Origin: Candidatus Saccharimonadota bacterium
Lineage (GTDB): Bacteria > Patescibacteriota > Saccharimonadia > Saccharimonadales > UBA4665
Reading direction: 5' to 3'
NCBI GenBank assembly: GCA_016699935.1
Contig: CP064992.1
Coordinates: forward strand, 210,001-242,000
Length of the DNA stretch: 32,000 nt
Positions within the stretch are counted from its first letter, which is position 1, and each line of letters begins with the position of its first letter. The position numbers and the translations under genes were made by a program. Below, piece by piece: positions 1-9,523 of this stretch. The notes beneath the pieces were generated by a model. The model was not told the DNA's origin and did no database searches. It was given only the letters and a program-made list of their open reading frames with translations.

Positions 1-325
1 GAGGCCAAGCTTCTCCTACCAAATTAAATAACATATAAGGAATATAAACCGTAGCTATTATAATGTTTGTCCGCCGACTGATCTTTGCCGGTAAGCCAAC
101 AGAGAGAAAAATCATGAGAGCAGGGATAATTACCCCGACGAGTGCTGCAAATAGAAAAGCTTGAGAAATATCAAATGTAAACACTTTACCTGAGAAAATG
201 TCTTCTAAGGTGCCCGGCATGTACAAGTGAAAATAATCTACGTAGGTGTAGAAAAACAAAACTCGTCCATAGTGCAGCGAGTTTTACGCGGACACTAACT
301 TTTGTTCATCCAGTTTAGCTTTCAT
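1..325 (-). pseudogene. DUF6326-like small membrane protein (N-terminal ~105 codons; runs off the left edge; 2 frameshifts near the N-terminus as sequenced)
   Basis: Minus-strand hand translation from ATG (323-325) gives MKAKLDEQKLVSA | KLAALWTSFVFL | YTYVDYFHLYMPGTLEDIFSGKV..IPALMIFLSVGLPAKISRRTNIIIATVY..NLVGEAW, with the pieces in three frames. The pattern resembles DUF6326 as I recall it. It is absent from the ORF track because it is split and open-ended. Confidence 0.45.
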
Positions 326-1030
326 ATTTGTTCCTACCCCTTTTTCTCTGTAATAATTGCGCCCTGAGCGAGTTATATTATAGGTTTAGTTGTTGACCGC
401 TTGTTCCTATTTCTTCATTCCTTCATTGCATTATACACTGCGCATTGAACTACAGGCGTGTTTACACTGATGTAGGAATATGTCGGATATTTGACCCCAG
501 CAATTAAGTTTAGCGAGTAATAAAAAGACCTTCCAGAAACTTAAAAAGCCTACTGCAGTGCAAGATAGCAGACGCATTTCTAGCTTTTATTTTAGCGTTT
601 AGAACGATTACGGGCTATTGCACTTGACTGAAGGAATGCATTTCACGGAGTTGATATGGGTCGTCCAAAAGAATGCAGCAACGATTTTATATTCTGTATA
701 AGCAACATGAGCTTGCATTATGTATCTCTGTTAAACTATAATCTACTAGGTCATTCAGATATGCTCCTTTGTTTAGGGTGACGAGTGCCAGTGGCATTTC
801 GGAGGGCAACTTTGCGGTGCGAACCTTGTGTGCTTAGCAGCGAATTTTCTGGGTCGCGGAACGTGATCGAACTCGCCCAGCTAAAGAAGAACTTTTACAA
901 TATAACTCTGCTTTTTAACCCAATTTTTCAAACCAAGGAACTGTTTGGAAAATTGAGAGGAGAAGCATAGGTTTAGGTCGAAGCTTTTGGCTTTTTAGCC
1001 AAAACGAGACTTTACCATAAGCTTCGACGA

Positions 1031-1095
1031 GCGGGGTGTAGCTCAGTTGTTTACCGTATCATACGATACGGCCATGTCGTATGACATGGGAGCGC
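1031..1095 (+). other. tRNA-Gly 5' half-copy (positions ~1-27) with a 36-nt twin-hairpin insertion in the D-loop
   Basis: gcggggtgtagctcagttgttta (1031-1053) and gagcgc (1090-1095) match the 5' part of the tRNA at 1127. Between them lie ccgtatc-atac-gatacgg and ccatgtc-gtat-gacatgg. No anticodon or T arm follows. Confidence 0.7.
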
Positions 1096-1126
1096 ATGTA
1101 CCTTACAATATATTTACACCAAGTAT

Positions 1127-1203
1127 GCGGGTGTAGCTCAGTTGTTTAGAGCGCGTCCTTGCCAAGGACGAGGCCAGGGGTTAGAGTCCCCTCACCCGCA
1201 CCA
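1127..1203 (+). tRNA. tRNA-Gly (anticodon GCC), CCA encoded
   Basis: Hand-folded cloverleaf: acceptor gcgggtg/cacccgc, D arm gctc-agttgttta-gagc, anticodon arm cgtcc-ttGCCaa-ggacg, T arm agggg-ttagagt-cccct, then a-cca. Confidence 0.9.
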
Positions 1204-1212
1204 TATAAAATG

Positions 1213-1235
1213 CCTCAGCAAAAGCTGGGGTTTTT
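1213..1235 (+). terminator. Rho-independent terminator after tRNA-Gly
   Basis: Hairpin cctcagc-aaaa-gctgggg followed by ttttt. Confidence 0.6.
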
Positions 1236-1360
1236 ATATGGTTCTGGGCTGGGGGGGCTCTAACAGGGGAGTGCCAGTGGCACTCCCCGACCCGAAGCCC
1301 GGCGACCCTGGGAGCCGGGTTGTCGTAGCAGCGCATAAGCATCTGCGCTCGCCGACAAGG

Positions 1361-1381
1361 AGAGTCCCCTCACCCGCACCA
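1361..1381 (+). other. Exact 21-nt copy of the tRNA-Gly 3' end (T-loop part, T stem, acceptor, CCA)
   Basis: agagtcccctcacccgcacca is identical to 1183-1203. The upstream T-stem strand is missing, so it is not a functional tRNA. Confidence 0.8.
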
Positions 1382-1577
1382 ATAATCTTATTGTTAATCT
1401 AAAGAGATCATTTGATCTCTTTTTGTTAAAATGTTATCACTGTGCAATACATTTTCCACGTGTCCATTACCGATAACTTTATTGACAGGGATGTTCATGA
1501 CATTTTCTGAAAAAAATACGACTTTTCGCCAGACACCATTTTACTGATCACCCCTATGATGGTCCTGAGAAAGATTT

Positions 1578-2382
1578 TTGCTCAGTGAGATTAAACGACT
1601 CGGTTTCAGTATAGAATCGCACTACTCTTACTTATCTACTCTAGGAGACAAGTTTAGAACCACCCTACTCGAAACCATTGAATATAAGGACAAAGGATAC
1701 CCAATATACTGCATTGACTTTTGCCCTGATGCCACTGGTCAACGCTTATTTATACTGTCTGGTAGTCATGGGAACGAAGAGGCTGGCTTAATAGCGGTAG
1801 AACGATTCATTGAATTTCTAGACACTGTGGGTGAAGAAACAAATGTCGCTATCCGTATCGTCACCCCTCACAATCCTGTTGGCACAGCTATGTTTTCTAG
1901 GTACAACGGTCAGGGCTACGATATGAATCGCGATTTTGCAAAAAAAGAATACAATTGAGACTCAGGCGGTCATGAAGAGCTTTGAAGAGTTTAAGCCCAC
2001 AGTGTCAATATCGTTACATGAAGGTCCACAGACAGACGGTGCGTTCTTCTTTACGAACAAATATGTAGGATCAGAGATGATCCTGCCTGTTTTTAAACGA
2101 ACTTACGAAAAACAATATAGCCCTAGCGCCCAAAGTTACTTTGGAAATAAGCTGAGCGTTCCTGGTCAATTCGCAACCAAAGGCTTGTTCTTAATACTCA
2201 TGAGGTTATGGAAAATCATCTTTAAGTTTCAAGGCTTTGGGTCTTACTGCGCAGATCGGAAAGTACCAGCATTGGTCATGGAAACGTCGTGGACTACGGC
2301 CAAAACTAGCCAACGTGTTGATGTTCAATTCATTGCACTCAAAACGCTTACGACTCATTTATCGTCAGCTCAGTTCCAGTAA
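1578..2382 (+). pseudogene. M14-family zinc carboxypeptidase-like protein; one frameshift in an A7 run (~1940-1946) as sequenced
   Basis: Motifs SGSHGNEEAG (HxxE zinc site), MNRDF and ISLHEGP appear in the expected order. ORFs 1578..1958 and 1936..2382 join across gcaaaaaaag. Confidence 0.6.
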
Positions 2383-2452
2383 GGGTCTCACCCTTACATC
2401 TGTATTTTCGTGTCATCCATCGACTAATTCAACTTTGAGTGCTTGAAAAATT

Positions 2453-2549
2453 GAGTTCTCGACCTTGCAAGTGTAAATGCGGTGAAACCCACCCCTGTCT
2501 TTTACCCCATCCCACACACATTTCACAATTTCATCATCTGTTAGAGGTC
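2453..2549 (+). repeat. Dispersed ~95-bp intergenic repeat, copy A
   Basis: ..ccttgcaagtgtaaatgcggtgaaacccacccctgtcttttaccccatccca..tttcacaatttcatcatctgttagaggtc aligns by eye with copies at 3040, 9379, 12474 and 13196. Confidence 0.85.
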
Positions 2550-2592
2550 AGCCCCCTTACTAAAGGGTTGCCGTCGTAAACAGCTATGCTCA

Positions 2593-2877
2593 TTACTGGT
2601 CGTATTTAGATAGTAATTGTTTTTCTTCGTTTTCTGTAGGGTCCACTAAAGGGTTACTGCTGAGCGTAATCAGTTTTCCATTATCGGTAATATACGCTTT
2701 TGACCCGCGCACTATGACTGGCTTTTTTGTTTGTTTATCCAGATATTCGACTGGCCAAAAACTTTTAGAATCATGTACTATCGGTTCTGTTGCTACCTTG
2801 ACCTCGTTTCGAGCGTTAAAGGGCACTAGCTTTTTTGCTAAAGTTTCAGCTTGCTTGTGGTTCGTAATCTTCGACAT
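2593..2877 (-). CDS. Hypothetical small protein (94 aa), possibly YrhB/immunity-like
   Basis: ORF 2593..3006 trimmed to the internal ATG (2875-2877), because the upstream 43 codons read through a MITE. The sequence MSKITNHKQAETLAKKL..FWPVEYLDKQTKKPVIVRGSKAYITDNGKLITLSS only loosely resembles YrhB-type proteins. Confidence 0.4.
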   Translation of the reverse strand: MSKITNHKQAETLAKKLVPFNARNEVKVATEPIVHDSKSFWPVEYLDKQTKKPVIVRGSKAYITDNGKLITLSSNPLVDPTENEEKQLLSKYDQ

Positions 2878-2907
2878 ACCTACATAATATACCAAAATGG
2901 TTACAAA

Positions 2908-3028
2908 TCTGAGTCTCAAAACTGTCTCCATTTGTACTTGTGTCATTCCCGCTAAGGCGGGAATCCATTTCATATATCTGGATCCCAGCCTTCGCTGGGA
3001 TGACATCGTGGGGGTTTTGAGCCTCAGG
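2908..3028 (+). mobile_element. 121-bp MITE-like element, copy 1
   Basis: Terminal inverted repeats (t)ctgagtctcaaaac ... gttttgagcctcagg. Internal hairpins gtcattcccgc-taag-gcgggaat.. and gatcccagcc-ttcg-ctgggat.. are present. It is nearly identical, in inverted orientation, to 15301-15421. Confidence 0.8.
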
Positions 3029-3039
3029 TTTAAAAACTG

Positions 3040-3131
3040 TTGTGCAATTTCGCAGAATGTAATCTATCTTTCCAGCTCACCAAAGTAGCTCCAGTCCCAA
3101 ACATTTTCACAATTTCATCATCTGTTAGAGG
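3040..3131 (+). repeat. Dispersed repeat, copy B (5' part diverged, 3' core 3095-3131 well conserved)
   Basis: gtcccaaacattttcacaatttcatcatctgttagagga matches the 3' part of copy A. The 5' part keeps only atgtaat/ctttc/cacc islands. Confidence 0.65.
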
Positions 3132-3186
3132 ACAGTCCTAAAACCCCATCGCAACCCCACCGCCCCTTTGGGATAATGTCTGAGTT

Positions 3187-3750
3187 ATGGTATTATTTGC
3201 TTTAATGAGCAACCTGGAGACTGGTGTAAATCTTTTCGCCATGATGAACGGTGGTAAAACCACGGTTGGTATGTTGGTTGCAGAAATATGTGGATTACCA
3301 TTTGTTGACACGGACGATGTAATAACCGAGGAATATGGTCTAGCTCCTGGCGAAATTATAAAATCTGAGGGTTCAGATAGATTTATGATTGTCCAACGTC
3401 AGATACTCACTGCCAGGCAAAGAACTAAACCGGAAGTGTGGGCAACAGGCGGCGCAGTGGCTAGAGACTCCGAGCTCGTACGACACTTGGGGGCATCGGG
3501 TGTAGGCGTTTTTCTCTTTGTTAGTCCAGATATCCTTGAGCACAGAACTTCTGAAGAAGATATTGCTAAATTGGCAAATCCTAACGGTTTAAGCTTCAGG
3601 GATTTATATTTAATTGAACGAATGCCATTCTACAAAGCGGCTGCCGATATAGTGATTACAGTAGATGATCCTGCCGAAACTCCAGAAAAAACAGCTCAGA
3701 GAGTCATTGACTCAGTGTTTAACGGTATCTTAAGCTCTTCACCTAAGTAG
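3187..3750 (+). CDS. aroK: Shikimate kinase
   Basis: NLFAMMNGGKTTVGMLVAEICGLPFVDTDDVI (P-loop plus the shikimate kinase N-terminal pattern) and ATGGAV. An alternative start is ATG 3205. Confidence 0.75.
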   Translation: MVLFALMSNLETGVNLFAMMNGGKTTVGMLVAEICGLPFVDTDDVITEEYGLAPGEIIKSEGSDRFMIVQRQILTARQRTKPEVWATGGAVARDSELVRHLGASGVGVFLFVSPDILEHRTSEEDIAKLANPNGLSFRDLYLIERMPFYKAAADIVITVDDPAETPEKTAQRVIDSVFNGILSSSPK

Positions 3751-3929
3751 CTACTTTAACTCGCACCCTAGAAGGGACGTGACCGCCAAAGGTGACCAGA
3801 GCCCCCTAACTTGCGCCACTTGGTTGTTTTTGACATTTTGATGTCATTTTTTTTAAAAGTAGGTTTATACTAGATAGGCGATATAGCAAAACAAGCTATA
3901 CAATATCAATTAATTGAGGGGAGATAGTC

Positions 3930-4121
3930 ATGGTTACAGGATATTGCGTTAAGTGCAAAGAAAAAGGCGTTGAACTATCTGGCGCAGCGATTAACCAGAC
4001 AGCTAAGGGTGGCTACATGGCCAAGGGCAAGCACCAGGCGTGCGGCACAACTGTTTGTGCCATGATGTCCAAAGACAATGCTGAAAAAGCAGTCAAAGAC
4101 GGCGCAACCAAAGCTTACTAG
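3930..4121 (+). CDS. DUF5679-like zinc-ribbon miniprotein
   Basis: GYCVKCKEKG ... ACGTTVC (CxxC..C..C pattern). A GAGGGGAG RBS lies 6 nt upstream and a terminator lies downstream. Confidence 0.55.
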   Translation: MVTGYCVKCKEKGVELSGAAINQTAKGGYMAKGKHQACGTTVCAMMSKDNAEKAVKDGATKAY

Positions 4122-4143
4122 GCGGTTGTACTAGCGGAAGAGT

Positions 4144-4170
4144 CCAGATTAAAATCTGGGCTTTTTCTTT
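4144..4170 (+). terminator. Rho-independent terminator
   Basis: ccagat-taaa-atctgg followed by gctttttctttt. Confidence 0.6.
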
Positions 4171-4262
4171 TGTTCCGAGTTATTGAGGACTCTAGCCAGT
4201 AGTTATGGCACAGAGGACAGCCATCTAAACCCTGCGCTTAAAAAATCTGATACCATAGTTAT

Positions 4263-5331
4263 ATGGAGTCACTCATTACACTAGGTTGGAATGACGACTT
4301 GCAGCATGCATGGGACACTATGAATATGTCACCTTTCGTGCCTGGTCGTGTCATTGCTGACTATGGCTCAAGCTACAAGGTAGCCATCCCAGCTGAGCTC
4401 AGTGCGGAAATATCTGGCCGACTGGAATATGTATCTGAGCCCCACGAAATGCCGAAAGTTGGCGACTGGGTTGCGGTGCAGCAACTCGATGAGGATCGTG
4501 CCCTGATACATGCGGTACTACCCGCAAAAGCGAGATTGGTCGCAAACAGCCCGGCGAACAGTATGTGAAACAAGTATTGGCTACCAATGTAGATATCGCC
4601 TTTTTGGTTCAGTCGCTAGACCATGACTTCAGTCCCGAGCGTATACAGCGCTACCTTTTTCAGCTAGGCAACGAAGGTGTAAAACCAGTTATTGTGCTAC
4701 ATAAAGCAGACAAAGAAACCGACATCCAAAAGTAAGCTGCAGAGGCTACAAGCCTTCAACATCCGGGTAGTCGTTTCGAGCGCTACGCAGCAGACAGGTA
4801 TCGATGAGATAGCTAGCATCATAACTCCTGGGACTACTGCTGTTTTCTTGGGTTCTTCCGGCGTCGGTAAATCGACCATCATAAATCTTCTTCTAGGTGA
4901 AAACAAACAACCTACGCACGAAGTACGAGAAGCCGACTCAAAGGTCGTCACACAACGACGCATAGAGAGCTATTTACGCTGCCAAATGGTGGGCTCGTGA
5001 TAGATACGCCTGGTCTGCGTGAACTACAGCTGTGGGGGTCGAAGCCGATCTCGAGGGAGCTTTTACAGATATCGAAGCGCTGGCTAAAGAGTGCCGGTTC
5101 AACAATTGCAGTCATACGAGCGAACCCGATTGTGCGGTCTTGCAAGCAGTTGCTATGAACACGCTAGATGGCAAGAGGCTAGAATCGTATTTCAAATTTC
5201 AGAAAGAACTACGATTCTTGGAAACTAAAGTCGATGAAAATGCCGCCATAGAACAACGGCAACACGAAAAGAAACTAGGCAAATACTACAAACAAACCTT
5301 GCACGACATATACGAAATCAAAGGCAAATAA
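4263..5331 (+). pseudogene. rsgA: Ribosome small-subunit-dependent GTPase A; at least 4 frameshifts as sequenced
   Basis: Pieces across frames follow RsgA order: GRVIADYGSSYKV..VGDWVAV..IHAVLPAK | VLATNVDIAFLVQSLDHDFSPERIQRYL..VIVLHKAD | [28 protein letters not shown] | [31 protein letters not shown] | [16 protein letters not shown]. Breaks fall at A/G runs (~4545, ~4730, ~4940, ~5035). Confidence 0.85.
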
Positions 5332-5401
5332 ACTCAGCTAAGGCGCATTTGGGGTGAGATTTTAGGCGCACTGAAGGAATGGGCTCTTTTTGATATGATA
5401 G

Positions 5402-5806
5402 TTGATGATGAGCAACTCAAATAGTAAAGCAGTCGTTCCTGGTGGAGTGGATGAATACATTTCAGATTGCCCCGACGTAATCCAGACAAAGCTACGAGAA
5501 ATACGGTCTGCCATACGCGAGGTAGCCCCCGACGCCATTGAAACCGTCAGCTATTTTGGTATCCCGGGCTACAGCTATGCAGGCTATGACTACAATGGTA
5601 TGTTTGCCTGGTTTAGCTACAAAACGCCCTATATACGACTCCACGTGCGCCCTCCCGTCGCCAAAGACCACGCCGCAGAGCTCAAGGGCTGCAAAATATC
5701 AACCGGCATCATAATCTTCCCCGAGAAGCACGATATATCCCCCGAACTTATCCAGAAACTAGTCACCGCAAGCCTGTCCGTCATGAAAACCGGAAGCACT
5801 AGCTAA
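5402..5806 (+). CDS. DUF1801 (YdhG-like) domain protein
   Basis: VDEYISDCPDVIQTKLREIRSAIREVAPDAIETVSYFGIPGYSY fits the DUF1801 N-terminal pattern. The ATG is at 5405. Confidence 0.6.
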   Translation: MMMSNSNSKAVVPGGVDEYISDCPDVIQTKLREIRSAIREVAPDAIETVSYFGIPGYSYAGYDYNGMFAWFSYKTPYIRLHVRPPVAKDHAAELKGCKISTGIIIFPEKHDISPELIQKLVTASLSVMKTGSTS

Positions 5807-5953
5807 TCTCAATCCGAGCTCCCAGCCCCATTCAGAGGACTGTCATCTGAACCATAAAGCACTCACCGTTTGACAACGTCAGGGGCGCCTAACTCTTTTA
5901 AAACCCTAGCTATCAGCGTACTATTTAAACAGGCACAAAATGTTATATGGTAG

Positions 5954-8682
5954 GTGAATATGTCCGCTCTTCAATTCGACGAATTAAATGGTTTTGATGG
6001 CAGCTTAGAAGATTTTCTCAAGCATATGGAGAGTATTGATGCCGCCCTTGGGAAAATACTCCGCGATAACATCGGTGAACTAAAAGGCGCAACATACGAA
6101 AAAGCCCGTAAAGATGCTCGGGACAGTTTTAATGCAAAGGTAGTTGCCGCTCTTGACGCTCTAAAAAAGAGGAGCAAAAAGATGAGTAGGTACTTCCTAA
6201 CGCGAATTTGCGTCGAGGGTTTTAGGGGTATCAACAACGAGGGTGAGCCTCTGGAACTGAAGTTCAAAACCAATTCTGCAAACTCTGTGTATGCGATCAA
6301 CGGCACGGGCAAAAGCTCGCTATTTGATGCTTTGTGCTACGCCATATGCGGTGACATACCCAAACTCGGCAAGCTACAAGCAATAGAGAAGCCCGAAGAT
6401 TATTACGCAAATAAATTCCACAGCCAAGGAACCGCAATTATCATCCTCGATTTTGAAAGCGATGATGCAACGTCACAAAAAGTTTCGATTCAAGTTGCAA
6501 GGGCAGCCGATGGCACCCGAACGGTCACCAGTCCTAGCGGACATGCAGACCCCAATGGCTTTCTGGAAAGCCTTAACGAGAGTTTCACATTGCTGGACTA
6601 TGAAACATTCTCAACGTTTATAGACCACACTCCCCTAGAACGTGGCCGATCATTTTCCTCTTTACTTGGGCTTGCAGTGTATTCCGACTTCCGGCAAACA
6701 CTGAAGACCGCCATTGACACCCGTGCACTCAATTCTGATCTCGATATAAGCTCTTTGACCTTTCAAGCACAATCAAGCAAAGACGCCACTGCATTAGCAG
6801 TTACTAAACTAGAAACGAATTTCAACGCTCTTGTGGGCAGATCTATTGAGGATGTTACAAAACTAGCTGGCTATAAAGACGAAGCCATGAAAACCCTTGG
6901 GGGAATCAGATTGCTTGGCGAAGAACTTTCCGGAAAAACTATTGACGAAGTAGATTTTGACGAACTTAATAAAATCATCAAAGCAGCCGAGGGCGGTAAA
7001 GAGCGCGTGGAACTCGCAAAAGCCTTAAATACGCTCGCCAAGCTCGATGAAGTAGAAGACGATGACTTGGAAGCCATTAAAACGAAATCGCTGAACATAA
7101 AACTGAAATCGAAAACATCATCGAGCTTTATAAAAAAACTAAAGGTAAATTTTGTCGCACACTATACTCGGCCGCAGAATCACTTTTCAAAAAGCGGCGA
7201 ATGGGATGACGACCACGAATGTCCTGTATGCAGTCAGCACTCGGATGATGATCTATCCGAATCGGTTGGTGAACGAGTAAAAGAATATAAGGATGTCGAT
7301 GATGCAGTTGCTACTTTTCAAACGAAATGGCAACAGAGTAGCTGGCGGCTACGACTGTTAGCTTTAGAGACTCTTGTTACTCCTGACTTACAGGAAAACC
7401 AAAAACTATTCCGCCCTTATGACAACGCAATCATAAGCAGCAAGTTATCGATGCCAGACTATGTGAAACTCGTTGAATATTATGAGAAGCTAGAAGCAAG
7501 ATATACCGCAGCAGTTGCCAAATACACAAAATCAAAGAATGACATTGAAGCGAAGTTACCAAAGTCGCTCGTAACCCTGACTAAGCAGGTCGAGTGTGCA
7601 AAACTATTCCGTGAAGCTTGCAATGACTACGACACTGCCTCTAAAAATACGATACAGCAAGCAAGAAGCTTGCGATACGTAAACGATGGCAACAATTTAT
7701 TACCACGGCAGCTGATACTTACGCAGAAGCTGAAGCGGAATTATCAAAATCCAAAATCGCTGCAATCGAAACAGAGTTCAAAGACATGTTCGCATATGTA
7801 ATGGGCGTAGACGATATTAAACCCAATCTTGAACGCGATGATACGAAAGAAGACCTGCAAGTACAACTAAGTGAGTTTCACGGACTTAAAGATGTATCCG
7901 CGCGTGCGCTGCTTTCTGAAAGTTACCGGAATGCGCTGGCCATATCTGTTTATTTGTCTGCTGCGATTAACCATAGCGGTGTGCCGCGTTTTATTGTACT
8001 TGATGATATTACCTCTAGCTTCGATTCAGGCCATCAAATTAATCTCATGGAATATATCCGTACGAAATTGCGATACCCCGAAAATGCAAAGGGACTGCAG
8101 TTTATTATCCTCAGCCATGATGGAATCATGCGTAAATATTTTGATGGCCAAAACCAGGAAGCCGGCTGGCACCACCAATCTATCGAGGGGAACCCGCCCG
8201 GCGTAATTACTACTCAGTCACAGGACGCCAATAGAGTTCGTACTTTAGCAATGAGTTTCTTAAGTGCTGGTCAAGTAGATGTTGCCCAACCCTGGGCACG
8301 GCAATATCTAGAATTCACTCTCATGCAAATTATTCGAAAATTAAATATCCCAGTGCCAATTGATTTCGCGGTGAAAGACCATTCTCGCATGATATCTAGC
8401 TGCTTAGACGCAATTAAGAGCCAGGTCGCACTCCATGAAGCCGCCGGAGATATAATTCTAGACACAACGCAACTCGCAGATTTCAAGAATACATACACCC
8501 CCCAGATGGTATCAAACTGGGTCAGTCATTATGAAACAGCAGCCGGAACTAGTATATCCGCTCCTGTTATGACTGGGGTGCTAGATACGGCCGACAAGTT
8601 AGCGGACTGCTTCAAGTATGACGATACCGATGCAAGCGGTACTCGCATTCGAAAATGGTACAAAAACCTAACCTCAAATTAA
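5954..8682 (+). pseudogene. SMC/Rad50-like ABC ATPase with CxxC zinc hook and an extra ~190-aa C-terminal domain (RloC/PrrC-like, AAA_13-type); frameshifted as sequenced
   Basis: The motifs are Walker A INGTGKSSLFDALCYAICG, a long helical middle, HECPVCSQ, signature-like LSESYRNALAISVYL, Walker B PRFIVLDDITSSFD and ILSHD. The C-terminal domain carries ARQYLE and NWVSH. ORFs 5954..7801 and 7786..8682 join by a shift near 7650-7690, and a compensated double shift seems to lie at ~7080-7200. An alternative start is ATG 6182, 7 nt after AAGAGGAG. Confidence 0.6.
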
Positions 8683-8925
8683 AATAATTGCGCGCGAATG
8701 AAATACGGGGAAAACAAAACCAAAATATGCTCACAGCGTGAGGCTTTAAGGGCTTCAGACTAGAATAATTACACTTTCAGCAACCGTGTTGCACATAGGT
8801 GACGCATATATAATTTCCTTCGATTTAAAAAAATTATTATTGGTCGGGTACCCAGCTTTACTTCACGCCACAATAAAATTACGTTTGGTAGAATAGAGAG
8901 ACGAAACTAAGGCGGAGGGCGAAAT

Positions 8926-9363
8926 ATGACGACGATCAATCCTTATATAAACTTCAATGGGAATGCTGAGGAGGCCTTTCGGTTATATCAGTCTGTATTT
9001 GGCGGAGAGTTCACGGGGCTCGTGCGCTTCAAAGATCTAGAAAGTGCTGATTTCCCCATCCCGACAGAAGATGCAGACAAGCTCATGCGCATCGTCCTGC
9101 CCATAGGCGGAAACAACCTGATAGCCAATGACGTACCAGCTATGCTCGGCCCAGTAAACGAGAACGAAAACCGGTCCAAAATAGCGGTCACGGCGGAAAG
9201 CCGTGAGGAAGCCGAGAGGATATTTGCAGGCCTTTCTGCGGGCGGAGCCGTCGAGATGCCGATGGGTGAAAGCCCGTGGGGTACGTACTTTGCGATGTTC
9301 CGTGACCGCTACGGCATAGAGTGGACCGTAGAATACGCCCCAAACACCACCAGCCAATCGTAA
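8926..9363 (+). CDS. VOC/glyoxalase-fold protein (PhnB/YjdN-like)
   Basis: INPYINFNGNAEEAFRLYQSVFGGE ... WGTYFAMFRDRYGIEWTV, typical of the PhnB-like family. An AAGGCGGAGGG RBS is present. Confidence 0.7.
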   Translation: MTTINPYINFNGNAEEAFRLYQSVFGGEFTGLVRFKDLESADFPIPTEDADKLMRIVLPIGGNNLIANDVPAMLGPVNENENRSKIAVTAESREEAERIFAGLSAGGAVEMPMGESPWGTYFAMFRDRYGIEWTVEYAPNTTSQS

Positions 9364-9378
9364 TCCTAGTTTTTAGTT

Positions 9379-9436
9379 ATACGGGTCTCGCCCTTGCAAA
9401 TGTAATTACGGTGAAACCACGCCTGTTTTTCACCAT
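9379..9436 (+). repeat. Dispersed repeat, copy C (5' half only)
   Basis: tatacgggtctcgcccttgcaaatgtaattacggtgaaaccacgcctgtttttcacc; the 3' module is absent. Confidence 0.75.
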
Positions 9437-9523
9437 TTAGGGCTGCCCTCTTACGCCGCTTCCTAAAGATAATAAATTGCTCATGCTTGCTCTCGCCAAA
9501 AATAATGGAAAATATACAAATTA

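Noticed and set aside
785-970. A 61-aa plus-strand ORF upstream of the tRNA-Gly cluster.
   Set aside because: It has no RBS, a GTG-type start and an odd composition. It overlaps a GC-rich element homologous to the non-coding stretch at 1268-1345, so it is more likely non-coding.
2878-3006. The N-terminal 43 codons of ORF 2593..3006 (MSSQRRLGSRYMKWIPALAGMTQ..).
   Set aside because: This stretch is a translation of the MITE hairpins. An internal ATG at 2877 gives a sensible 94-aa protein.
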